Source: Macrostomum lignano (lineage: Eukaryota). Taken from it: a DNA stretch of 64,000 bases. The notes beneath the pieces are model-generated. The model did not search any database. It worked only from the letters and a program-made list of their open reading frames with translations, and was not told the DNA's origin. The DNA is taken from positions 229,561 to 293,560 of the forward strand of contig NIVC01000500.1 of assembly GCA_002269645.1 (NCBI GenBank), in the 5' to 3' direction. The translations under genes were made by a program, and so were the position numbers. This document shows, piece by piece, positions 11,615 through 23,949 of the stretch (its first letter is position 1; the number at the start of each line of letters is the position of its first letter).

Positions 11615-13570
11615 AAAAATCATAGAAGCGTCATGTAAAAAATCATTGAAGCGTCATGAAAAAATCATAGAAGCGTCATGTAAACAATCATAGAAGCGTC
11701 CTGCAGAAATCGTAGAAGCATCATGTAAAAATCATAGAAGCGTCATGTAAAAAATCATAGAAGCGTCATGAAAATATCATAGAAGCGTCATGTAAAAAAT
11801 CATAGAAGCGTCATGTAAACAATCACAGAAGCGTCATGTAAAAATCATAGAAGCGTCATGTAAAAAATCATAGAAGCGTCATGTAAACAATCATAGAAGC
11901 GTCATGCAAAAAATCATATAAGTGTCATGTAAACAATCATGGAAGCGTCATGTAAAAATCATAGAAGCGTCATGAAGAAAAATCATGGAAGCGTCATGTA
12001 AAAATCATAGAAGTGTCATGTAAAAAATCATGGAAGCGTCATGTAAAAAATCATAGAAGCGTCATGTAAAAATCATAGAAGCGTCATGTAAAAATCATAG
12101 AAGCGTCATGTAAAAAATCATGGAAGCGTCATGAAAATATCATAGAAGCGTCATGTAAAAAATCATGGAAGCGTCATGTAAAAATCATAGTAGCGTCATG
12201 TAAAAAATCATAGAAGCGTCATGAAAAAATCATAGAAGCGTCATGAAAAAAAACATAGGAGCGTCATGAAAAAATCATAGAAGCGTCGTAAAAATCATAG
12301 AAGCGTCATGTAAACAATCATAGAAGCGTCCTGCAGATATCGTAGAAGCGTCATGAAATAATCATAGAAGCGTCATGTAAAAAGCATAGAAGCGTCATGT
12401 AAAAAATCATGGAAGCGTCATGTAAAAATCATAGTAGCGTCATGTAAAAATCATAGAAGCGTCATGAAAAAATCATAGAAGCGTCATGAAAAAAACATTG
12501 GAGCGTCATGAAAAACTCATAGAAACGTCATGTAAAAATCATAGAAGCGTCATGTAAAAATCATAGAATCGTCATATAAAAAGCATAGAAGCGTCATGTA
12601 AACAATCATAGAAGCGTCATATAAAAAGCATAGAAGCGTCATATAAACAATCACAGAAGCGTCATGAAAAATCATGGAAGCGTCATGTAAAAATCATAGA
12701 AGCGTCATGTAAACAATCATAGAAGCGTCCTGCAAAAAATCATAGAAGTGTCATGTAAACAATCATGGAAGCGTCATGTAAAAATCATAGAAGCGTCATG
12801 AAAAAATCATAGAAGCGTCATGAAAATATCATAGAAGCGTCATGTAAAAAATCATAGAAGCGTCATGTAAAAAATCATAGAAGCGTCATGAAAATATCAT
12901 AGAAGCGTCATGTAAACAATCATAGAAGCGTCATGTAAACAATCATAGAAGCGTCATGTAAACAATCATAGAAGCGTCATGTAAACAATCATAGAAGCGT
13001 CATGTAAAAAATCATAGAAGCGTCATGTAAACAATCATAGAAGCGTCATGCAAAAAATCATAGAAGTGTCATGTAAACAATCATGGAAGCGTCATGTAAA
13101 AATCATAGAAGCGTCATGAAAAAATCATGGAAGCGCCATGTAAAAAATCATGGAAGCGTCATGAAGAAAAATCATGGAAGCGTCATGTAAAAATCATAGA
13201 AGTGTCATGTAAAAAATCATGGAAGCGTCATGTAAAAATCATAGAAGTGTCATGTAAAAAATCATGGAAGCGTCATGAAAAAATCATAGAAGCGTCATGA
13301 AAAAATCATAGGAGCGTCATGAAAAAATCATAGAAGCATCATGTAAAAATCATAGAAGCGTCCTGCAGAAATCGTAGAAGCATCATGTAAACAATCATAG
13401 AAGCGTCATGTAAAAAGCATAGAAGCGTCATGTAAACAATCATAGAAGCGTCATGAAAAAATCATAGAAGCCTCATTTAAAAACTAATGAAAGCGTCATT
13501 TAAAAAATTAAGAAGCATCATGGAAGAATAAAAGAAGTGTAATGTAAAAATCAAAAGAAGCGTCATGTCA
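11615..13570. repeat. 22-24-bp satellite (AAAAATCATAGAAGCGTCATGT)
   Basis: About 2 kb of tandem units. Confidence 0.95.
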
Positions 13571-14349
13571 GACGTGAAGGGTGTCATGTAAAAATAAAAT
13601 GCAGCTATAATGCTGTGCTGGGAAGAAAAACTGAGACGTAAAGGCTCTCAGAGAATAACTGAGATTACGAGGGGGGGGGTTGTTTCTGGGATCTCAAAGC
13701 AAAAGTCAGAAGCTACTTCAAAGTTCATGTACTTTACTCAATTTTTTATTGCATTCTTTGTTGGCTCGCCATGGGGGGGGGTGCTGATAGAAGAAGAGTC
13801 ATGTAAAAAATAAAAGTAGCACTATGTATACATAAAAGAAAAGTCATGTCGAAGTTAAAAGATTCATTTGGGAATTGCTACGATGTCAAAGCTTGGTGGA
13901 AATCGTTATAGTGCTGTGATTCTTAAAGAAGGAATCACTAAAATGTCAAGGCTTAGGGGAGAAGAATTGCTGAGATTTCAAGGCTTTAGGTTGGGTTAAA
14001 GTTAGGTTTAGGTCAGGTGTGGGTTGAGGGTTATATTTTATCGGGTTTCAAGGTTAACAGTGGATTTTTTAGATTTCAAGGTTTATGGGGGCCATCGCTG
14101 ACATGTCAAGGCTTACGGGGGGGAATAGCTGAGATGTCAAGGCTCACGGGGGTATAAATGAGATTTCAAGGCTAAAGTCAGAAGCTACATGTAGTTTATT
14201 GAAAACTTTTTATTACATTATTTGATGCCTCCTCAGGCGAGGGATCGCTGATAAAAAAGCGTTATGTAAAAAATAAAAGAAGCTTATCGCTATAATGCTG
14301 TAGTAGTGCTATAATGACTCTTAGAGAGAATTACTGAAATTTCAATGCT

Positions 14350-14394
14350 TTAGGGTTAGGTTAGGGTTAGGGTTAGGGTTAGGGTTAGGGTTAG
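14350..14394 (+). repeat. Interstitial telomeric (TTAGGG)n
   Basis: About 7 units, one of them TTAGG. Confidence 0.9.
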
Positions 14395-14870
14395 AAGGTT
14401 GACAGATATTTTTAGATTTCCAAGGCTTATTGGGGGCATTGCTGAGATGTCAAGGGGGAAGTTGATATGTTAAAGCTGGGGGGGGGGAATTACTGACATG
14501 TCAAGGCTTACAAGGTTTGACAGGAGATTTTTTAAGATTTCAAGGATACATGTAGCTTATTAAAAAAACGTGTATAGCATTTCTTTGGCTCCCCAACGGG
14601 GGGCGTAGATTGCTAGTACGTGCTATAAAGTTTTTATTATTGAATGACAATCGCCAAGAAGAAAGTGAAAAATTGTGCTAATTTAGGTTGTTAAGGCAGT
14701 CAAATATTAACAGACTTTAATAGTTATACTGCTGCTTTTCTTGGAATTCCGAACCGATTCTGGTTCTGAAATTGGTAAAATGAAAAGGCCCTCAGTCTAC
14801 GCATTTGCTTCCCCATTGATATTCGAATTTTAACAAAAGCAAAATACTAAAAGCAACCAGTAGCATGAAA

Positions 14871-15170
14871 CTTTACACAGAGTAAACTGCAACCGTGAAA
14901 CGACTATTGGTCAAGTTTCAGCTCGATATGTAACTTTGGCTCTGAGCAGGAGCGATTTTCGATGTGTTCCATTTAAAATACATGTGATTCCAAAATTCAT
15001 ATTGATATTCGAGTACAGGTACTTCTGCTTCACTGATCTTGACGAAACTTTACACAGAGTAAACTGCAACCGTGAAACGACTATTGGTCAAGTTTCAGCT
15101 CGATATGTAACTTTGGCTCTGAGCAGGAGCGATTTTCGATGTGTTCCATTTAAAATACATGTGATTCCAA
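14871..15170 (+). repeat. 177-bp unit, about 1.7 copies (left arm)
   Basis: AGTAAACTGC at 14881 and 15058. Confidence 0.95.
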
Positions 15171-17641
15171 ACAACAACAACAACAACAGAGTACGCTGCC
15201 AGTTCGCGAAAGCAGCGTCAGATGGCGCGCTTCGAAGCTTGGGCGCGAACAAAAGCCGCACCGCCGGCAGAGTCCGGGGCGCCGGCGTCAGCCAGCAGAC
15301 AGTCGACGTAGCGCCGAGTCCTCGCCTGTCCCCCCCGGTAGGGTGCCTGCAACGTAAGTAGCAGCACCTCCTGCACCGGCTCCGGACAGTAGGCCTCGGC
15401 GCGGATGACGTGGCCTGCCAGCTGGAGTCGCCGACGGCGCAGCAGATCGCTAGGACGGGCCAGGCCGGCGCGATGATAGAGCGCCGTGTTGGTGACTCGC
15501 TCGTTGCCGATCTTGAAGGCGGCGCGCAGCAGGCCAGCGTGCGCCGCGTCGACTTGAGCCTCGAGCGAGTCTATCAGCGTCCAGGTCTCGGCGTTGTATA
15601 ACAGGACGGTCTCGATCACCGCCTGGAACAGCGCCGCCCTCTGGCGGTCCGGTAGGGCCTCGGACTGCAGGACTGACCTTATAGAACGAAAGGCAGCCCA
15701 GGCAAGTCCTCGGCGACGCCGAAGATCCTCGCGGACGTCGGGAACCAGACCGCCGAGGTAGACGAACTGCTGACATCTTGGAAGCTCACTCGCCTGTCCG
15801 TCAGCGCCTCGGCAGAAGATTGCAGCCTCGGTGTCGTCCGGCACGCATAGCACGACGGTCTTCTGCGTGTTGACCACCAGGCCGACGCTCGCCGCAACGG
15901 CAACCAGTCTATCCAGCTGTCGTTGGGCGCCCTCGACGGTCGAGGACAGCAGGGCGAGGTCATTGGCGTAGCCAAGCACGCTGAGCCGTCTCTCCGGTTG
16001 GCGTCGACCCACGCGTCGCCGCAGCAGGAAGCCGTCGTCGTTGGAAGGCAGAGCAGTCCGTAGCACCCAGTCAAGCACCAGAATAAATAGGAACGGCGCT
16101 AGCGTATCTCCCTGGAGCACCCCGGAGGATGTCTCGAAGAAATCCGATAGGCCGTCCGGTGTTGAGACAGCAGCCGTCGTGCCGTGGTACAGCGCCATGA
16201 CAGCAGAAATCAGCAGCTCTGGCACGTTGTACGCACGGAGCACCTCTGGGAGCGCGTCCCTCACGACCGAGTCGAAGGCCTTTCTGAAATCGACGAAGAT
16301 CAGGATCAGGGTCAACTGGCGGATGCGCGCCTCCTCGATGACTCGCCGAAGAGCCAGGATCTGCGTCACTGTGCTGCGATGGGGCCGGAATCCGTTCTGC
16401 TCAGGCCACAGGTACGGGTCCAGCACAGTCTGTAACCGCGATAGCAGCATGCGGTTGAACAGCTTCGCGGCGCAGGACTGTAGGCAGATGCCTCGATGCT
16501 CCTCGAGCTTGGTGGTGCCCGGCTCGGCGCCACCTCACCGGAAAGCACGCGGTTCATCACTCTGGCGACCTCAGTGGCCACGCAGTGGATCCGCAGCGCC
16601 TCGGTGGGCACCTCGTCCGGACCAAGCGCTTTGCCGCAAGGCGACTGCCGAGCGAACTTCACAACGTCGGCTGTGCTGACTGGGGCAACGTTGAAGCTCT
16701 CCTCCGCCGGCAACGGCGTCTCCGGCGGCAGCCACAGATTTTCTGGAAGCGGAGGGGCGGCGCGTTGACAATGACGGCGAAGAACTCGCGCAGCTCGTTC
16801 CTGCGCTCATCCGGAATGTCGCCTGCCTGGTTGAGCGCGATGCGCCGCTTTCGCCCAGAGTGTTGATGACGGACCAGGCCACGCGCCCTCTGGCATCGGG
16901 CCCTGCGGCAGAGACGGCTTGGATGGCGTCATCGACAGCGGACTGCTGCCGCTGCAGGTAGACAGCCGCCAGAGCCTCCTCCTCCTCGCGAGTTTGCCGC
17001 CCACTCAGACGGAGCCTCTCCAGATCTTCCCTCGCTTCGTCGATCGCGGGGTCGTCATGCCAGACCGCTGGGCCGGTCGCATCAGCGGGACTGCTTGCTC
17101 CGCATCGGCTCGAACTGCAGCGCTCACCTCCGCGTACTCGGCTCCTCCACGCTTGTCGCCCAGCGCAGTGACAAAGGCACCGGCAAAGTGACGCCGCGTC
17201 TCGGCGTCCCTGAGCGCGCGGTAGTAGCGCCGCGGTGGCCGCTTTGGCGGACGGTAGAGCGGGTCCCGAAGCCGAAGGTCGCAGATGAGCAGCCGATGGT
17301 CGGACCGCAGAGCCAGCGGCGTAATGGTGCGGCAGTTGGTGACGCGGCGGCGCACACGAAAGCGCAAAAGCACGTGGTCGAGCTGTGCCAGCCTCCGCGT
17401 AGCGTTCCGGCCGCGCGCGTTCCGCCGCCTCCGCTTGCAGCCCACGAAGGTCGCGAGCCTGCCCGGTGACTTGCGGAATCTGGTGTTGGCCGACACCATG
17501 TCCTGTCTCTCCAGGAAGTCCTCTAGCGCTCCGGTGTTGCCGTTCTCGCGCGCTGTCACAAACAGCGATCGCTCGGACCTACGCAGAACTGCGTTCAGGT
17601 CTCCGAGAATGACCACTGTGTCACGTTGCGCCATCTCCTCC
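15171..17641 (-). mobile_element. 5'-truncated, frameshifted RTE-clade LINE (endonuclease + RT)
   Basis: Endonuclease motifs GDLNA, LDHVL, SDH. RT motifs EQNGFR, FVDFRKAFDSV, QGDTLAPFLF, GYANDL. 3' UTR stem-loop at 15193-15218 and a (GTT)n tail. Confidence 0.92.
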
Positions 17642-18325
17642 ACCTGTACTCGAATATCAATATGAATTTTGGAATCACATGTATTTTAAATGGAACACAT
17701 CGAAAATCGCTCCTGCTCAGAGCCAAAGTTACATATCGAGCTGAAACTTGACCAATAGTCGTTTCACAGTTGCGGTTTACTCTGTGTAAAGTTTCGTCAA
17801 GATCAGTGAAGCAGAAGTGCCTGTACTCGAATATCAATATGAATTTTGGAATCACATGTATTTTAAATGGAACACATCGAAAATCGCTCCTGCTCAGAGC
17901 CAAAGTTACATATCGAGCTGAAACTTGACCAATAGTCGTTTCACGGTTGCAGTTTACTCTGTGTAAAGTTTCGTCAAGATCAGTGAAGCAGAAGTACCTG
18001 TACTCGAATATCAATATGAATTTTGGAATCACATGTATTTTAAATGGAACACATCGAAAATCGCTCCTGCTCAAAGCCAAAGTTACATATCGAGCTGAAA
18101 CTTGACCAATAGTCGTTTCACGGTTGCAGTTTACTCTGTGTAAAGTTTCGTCAAGATCAGTGAAGCAGAAGTACCTGTACTCGAATATCAATATGAATTT
18201 TGGAATCACATGTATTTTAAATGGAACACATCGAAAATCGCTCCTGCTCAGAGCCAAAGTTACATATCGAGCTAAAACTTGACCAATAGTCGTTTCACGG
18301 TTGCAGTTTACTCTGTGTAAAGTTT
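17642..18325 (-). repeat. 177-bp unit, about 3.9 copies (right arm, inverted)
   Basis: Reverse complement of the unit at 14871-15170. Confidence 0.95.
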
Positions 18326-19451
18326 CATGCTACTGATTGCTTTTAGTATTTTGCTTTTGTTAAAATTCGAATATCAATGCGAATATCAATGGGGAAACGA
18401 ATGCGTTCTCAGTCTCAGATCGAACACACTTAAGTAATCCTTGACACATGCACGCCAATCTGGGCCTATTTGTGACTGACGTGTATTTTAATTCCAACTC
18501 CACTCTTTTAAATGCTTTACGAGAAGCAAGAACATGAATTTACAAGAATGTGGCAGAAAAAAACAGGACGTTTCGTTTTTAATAGGTTTTTCATATTACT
18601 GATTCCAGAACCAGAAGCGGTTCGAAGTTTTTCATATTGTCTGTTCCGTTTTCAGAATTGGTTACAGAACCGTGATCCGATTCTAGTATTCGGTTCGAGA
18701 AATTTTCTCGATCCGTTGTCAGGTTTACACTAACACTAACAGTAAAATACATTCAAAATCGCCCATTTTTTTATATATTACTATTAGTACTCTGTTTTTT
18801 GTCATATCCAAGACGAAGCAACTAGTCAAGGAAAGACAAAATTAATTTATAAGACTGCCAAAGACAAAAATGGGATTGAAGCTTTTCATTTTCCTGCCAA
18901 TTCTGGTTCTAGAAGGGACTAGAAGTCTAGAACCAATCTTTGTGAAAAATGTATATGAAGGTAAATGGTAGGCCCCCCTAGCTCTAACTCAATGATCATG
19001 ACACTATCATTAGGCATTAGCCTTAGGCCTAGCTTAGGCTAGCCATTAAGTCTTGTAATAAGTAGGCCTATTATTAGGATAATGACCTGCATGGAAAGTG
19101 CCAATCTTGAGTGCGGCACCAATCAAGCTATTTGGTTGCGCCGGCTATTGCTAGCCTTGAGCGCCTATAACCCCTACCTACTCAATATTTTACCCATATT
19201 AGCATTGAGTTATTACTCAGTGTAACCCTGTAACTAGGCCTAATTTAATTATTCATACACACAAAACAAAAATTCTGGTATGGAAATATGCCAAAGGGCA
19301 AAGGTTAAATATGTGTGGCATGGAACTATAGATCTAACATCTTAGACATTTTTAGGGCCTAGTACCTAATAGATCTTGCATAGTTTTTGCATTGCTATGA
19401 CATGACTATTTGTGATACCATGGAATTGTCTAGGCCTAGTGGCCTAGCCTT

Positions 19452-19666
19452 CAGTGGCATAGCCAAGGGAGGGGGGCAAAATGAGTGTCTACGGTGCCAA
19501 AATGAGTGTCTACCATGCCAAAATGAGTGCCTATGGCGCCAGAATGAATGCTTATAATGCCAAAATAAGTGCCTACAGTACCAAAAGTGGCAATGGCATA
19601 AAGCATGGCTAGCTAGGCCAACCTAGCTGGCTGGCCCCTTAATTGAAATTCTTGGCTATGCCATTG
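19452..19666. mobile_element. hAT-type MITE with internal 21-bp repeats
   Basis: TIRs CAGTGGCATAGCCAAG / CTTGGCTATGCCATTG (1 mismatch). Exact 8-bp TSD CTAGCCTT at 19444-19451 and 19667-19674. Confidence 0.85.
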
Positions 19667-22600
19667 CTAGCCTTAATCTCTATTAGGCAGCAATTTTGCA
19701 ATTTGTTTTGCAATATAAGGCTTATGTTAAGTTTGAATTTGTTAGGCCCTAATCATAGTATAAATCTTGCAATATGCATGATATAGGCCTATCTAACATC
19801 TAATAAACTATTTGTATATTTGAAAGCCAGCTTAAAAAGCGTAGGACTATTTGGTGTAAGATCTGTCTAAACAATTAAAAACAAATAAACAATGTCTTTG
19901 GTACCATTCTATTTTAGATGGCTTATTACTATCCTATGTAATAGTTAAACTACTTGAAGTTTTGACTTGACTTAGGCCTACTTAGGCCTGTGTACCTTTT
20001 CTAAAGTTACTTGGTTATTAATGTTGTTTAACATTAACCCTTTAAAAACTAAATTTTGGCTACAGTTCTAGACTATCAAAAATATTGACAGTCATTATTC
20101 ATATAATTTAAACTTAAAATTACTAGGCCCTATGCAAAACAACCTATAAGTTTGCTACTTTATCCTTATATTATACTTAGCCAATATTAATTTTAGGTCC
20201 AATAAGCCTATTAATTAAATGACAATCTTGAAAATCATTGCTTATTATACTAGGCAAGGCCTATTTTTGGTAGGCCTAGACAATCAACATTAAAATTTGC
20301 CTCTTATGAAATTATTTTTTATACTTCAGTAATTTAATTCAAAAAGAATCTATTAGCAAACAAAATGACCATGCACTATATAGGTTAGTGATAAACCAAA
20401 TGTGGATTTTTGCAAGTTTTCAAATCTGAATATGTTTCCAAATGTAAGCAAAAAGTAAAAGGTAAATGGCAAGAGTAACTATAACACTTTTAAGTAACAA
20501 AAATGTATCAGCATCTAATTAATGATCTAAGTAAGCAACTAGTCTACTTTTTAAGTGAAATTCAAGTGAAATTGCAAGAATTAAAACTTATTAGAGAGTA
20601 AATAAGTTTGAATTGAACATAATTCTTATGTAGCTAATCTAGCTAATTCTAATTATTAGTACTAAGGTTACATTCCTGTTCTTGAGAATGCTTTTTTATA
20701 GTCTGTAAGTCCATGCATTTGTATTTTAAAAAACAAAACAATACAACAAAACAATTTAAACAATGATTGCCAAAAATGTTTCTGCAACTTTAGGTTCAAT
20801 GCCTCAAAGGTCTTAACTCTTAAAGCTTAGTAACTTTAATTTATATAACTTTCTTTCAAATGTGTTACTGCAAAAATGAACAATATGGCATAAATGTTGC
20901 ATTTTTTTGATATACTCTTTTATTTCAAAAGTTTTCTTTTATAAACTTGAATTTGTTTAGGTTTTTTAATTTTTTTTCATATTCTAAAGCATATTCTAAA
21001 AAAATAAACATATACCTAAATCTGAAACATTTGTATTTCTAAAAAAGTAAGACATTTTTTGGATTTAGATTCCAAATCCAAATATTTGGATCTATCACTA
21101 ATATAGATTAGTCATTGGCTTTTCAAAAAAATTGTTATAATCTATATTACCCTATATTCTAAAAGATATTTTTTATATTTTTAGAAGACTAAAATTAATT
21201 AAGAAATAAAATTATAAGAAATTCTTGCATGCTAAAGATACTAAGCTTCAAGGCACTAAGGTACTAAGACTAAGGCCTAGGCTAGGCAGTCATATACTAT
21301 AATCTATATCTTATATGCATGCTATATAATACTATAATAGGAAATCTACAATAATTAATTTTATAGATTTTTTATTATGTAGATTAGGCCTATTTATATT
21401 ATATATTAAGCCTATAGGTTTAATTTATTTTATGACTTTCATTAAGCATTATATTAGGTTTAGTCTGGGTCATATTATGCTTTTATTGAAAAATTAAAGA
21501 TTTTCTTAGATTTATGTCTGTTAGGCGTAAGCTACAGGGCATTGTCAATGGGGTCCTTTTATACCATTTAAATATTTTTTACAAATTAGTATTTTTATTA
21601 TAGTGATCTTTGAAACAAACTTTAGTATTTTACATGCTAATTATTTTAGGAATCTCACTTTTAGTGCATGTTAGAATTTTTATAAAAAGGCTTGTAGCCT
21701 TGAAAGTCAGTGGAGTCAAGTTTTTGCCCTGTGGTCTGGACTTTGCAGGATACCATGAAGCCAAAATTGCTGAGCCATGGTGAGAATAGTGAGAATAGCA
21801 TTATATCACAGCAAAGTAGCTATATAGATGTATCCAATGGTTCAAGGAAGGCCAATCATACATGCCCAACACTTGTCCAACCTATCCAAAATAGATAGGT
21901 GAAATGGCTGCCAGCCAAGGTAAGTTGCAGAATTGAAAATGCAAAAAAAAAACAAAAAATTGGGGGGAAAAAGAAAGGAGTGGAAAAGAAAAGGAAAAGA
22001 GAGAGGGGAAAGAGAAAGAGAAGAAAAGAGCAAAAAGACAAGAAAAGTCATATACAAAGTAAAAATTAAGTTGCAATTGGTAAGAACTAAGTCACAAATC
22101 TGGACGAAACTAAGTTGCACCAGATAGGTGAAATTTTGAGGTTGGGCATGTATGGGGCCAAGGGCCAATCCACTGTGAATGCCACTGTGAACCAACCCTG
22201 GCCAACATTGCACATTTGGTGACATGACATCCTGTCACTGGGTGATAGCCCTGCTAGACATGGATACTCAACTTGGATGATCAAATTGTTACCACTGATT
22301 TAAATCTCTCAAAGAATTCTGCTTGTTGGGTGCCCCACATCCTCACACTAGAGTTCAAGGTGTAGACATTTAAAGTTTTTTCAACATTAATATTGGCCTT
22401 CTTTTAAATTTCCTAATGTAACTCTTAACCAGAACCAGATAGCAAGAAAATTAAAAAAAACAAGCTTTTTAGTTGAAAAATTTTCTGTAGTTTGACATAT
22501 AAAACATCAAAATTGGTCAAGGTGCTGAGAAGCTAAAGCAAACATTCTGGGAACTTTTGAGACACCCTTTGTAGATAGCTACTGAGCCCTTTTTACCAAC

Positions 22601-22939
22601 AAAATCCAAGGATAATCTAATAGTACAATTTTTTGGTTTTATTATAATCAATTTCTATATCTCTAGCTATATCTAGTTTTTTTCCATAGCCTACCTGTAT
22701 CTATTGCTAACTAATTTCCCATTAGTTTTCATAACTTAGTTATATCTGTTATGCCTATATAACAGTTGGTTGTGACATGCTTGACTCCTGTAATATTAAA
22801 GTCCCATTGATTTTTGAATATACACCTGAGTTATTGTTTTTTTAAATGTGGACATTTGCCTTATTTATGATTTCAGATTTATAGAAAGCCAAAGTTAATT
22901 GTTGAAAAAGCGTTACTAGCATCAAATTACTACACATAA

Positions 22940-23860
22940 ATGTCTGCTACAAGCAACATTGTTGAGGCTGTAATAGATAAGCATGACGTCTGCGATGGCG
23001 GTCCAGAGGCCAAGAAGGTGAAACTGAACTCGGCTAATGCAGAAGAGAAAGCAGCTAATCTTGATGGTAACAAACCAGCTGATAAAGAGCTTGAGCCACT
23101 ATGCAATGGCAATAACGGCAGTCATAGCGTTGCTAATGGCAACGGGGTAACAACAGTTTCCAAGCTGACAGAATCGGCCGAGAAGGACTCTAAAGAAAAA
23201 GAAGAATCCAAGCAACCAGACGGCAAAGCGGTTGCCAATGATGCAGCAGAAGCAGAAACTGTCGAGGCTCCAGATGATTCTAGCCCAGGCGAAGTGCTGT
23301 GGTGCGGCACCACCAAGTGGCAATTGTTGCACGATAAGAAAGCCAAACTACCAAATTTGTACTCGCCGCATCGGATGGAGAGCTTAATTGGAGTTCGGAT
23401 TAGTAAAGTGTTCAGCGGTACGGTCGCTTGTCACGTTGTATTAGTGACAGTTGAAGGTCAAGCGCTTACATTCGGTCGCAATCAGCTGGGCCAGCTGGGC
23501 GTTGGAGACAGGGTCACCTCAGTTCAAGCTCGACCAGTTGAAGCTCTGCGCAATATTCGCGTAGTCTCGGCCGCCTGCGGCAGGTCGCACACTTTGTTTT
23601 TAACTTCGCGCGGTGAAGTGTTCGCCTGCGGTGACAATCGGTCTGGCCAGCTGGGAATTGGGTCCGTAGCCAATGGCAAAGACACTGGCGTACCAACGCC
23701 TAAACCCATGGCTATGCCAACTGTTGGTAGCAGGCGTATTGCTCAGGTTGAGGCTGGGGGAGATTTCTCACTGCTGATTGATAGCTCCGGTATGATGTTC
23801 ACCTGCGGCCATCCAGAGAATGGACAACTAGGGCACGGCTCCGACAGCCAGTACTTTGAG
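22940..23860 (+). CDS. RCC2: RCC2 (TD-60) exon 1
   Basis: RCC1 repeats (FGRNQLGQLG, SAACGRSHTL, CGHPENGQLGH) and N-terminal KKVK. Donor GAG|GTGCGT, phase 0. Confidence 0.92.
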
Positions 23861-23949
23861 GTGCGTGTGCTCAGGCTTATCAGTTCACTACATTATATAT
23901 TCCTTGAGTACTATAAGCATGCTGTGGAGATTAAACTTTCAAGTCTAAA

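Larger units (their letters stand above)
10898..14791. mobile_element. Candidate non-autonomous TIR element, 3.9 kb
   Basis: Perfect 12-bp inverted ends: GGGCCTTTTCAT (10898-10909) and ATGAAAAGGCCC (14780-14791). Shared subterminal CAGAACCAGAA. TCA on both flanks, within a longer TCAGTCT direct repeat. Confidence 0.5.
14799..18406. mobile_element. Foldback-like element: long inverted arms built from 177-bp tandem units
   Basis: 14799-15170 is the reverse complement of the outer part of 17642-18406. CTCAGTCT flanks both ends (14791-14798 and 18408-18415). Confidence 0.75.

Noticed and set aside
14936-18257. 59-aa repeat ORFs (ALSRSDFRCVPFK...) on both strands
   Set aside because: Translation of the 177-bp unit. 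177 is divisible by 3 and this frame is stop-free, but there is no other coding evidence.
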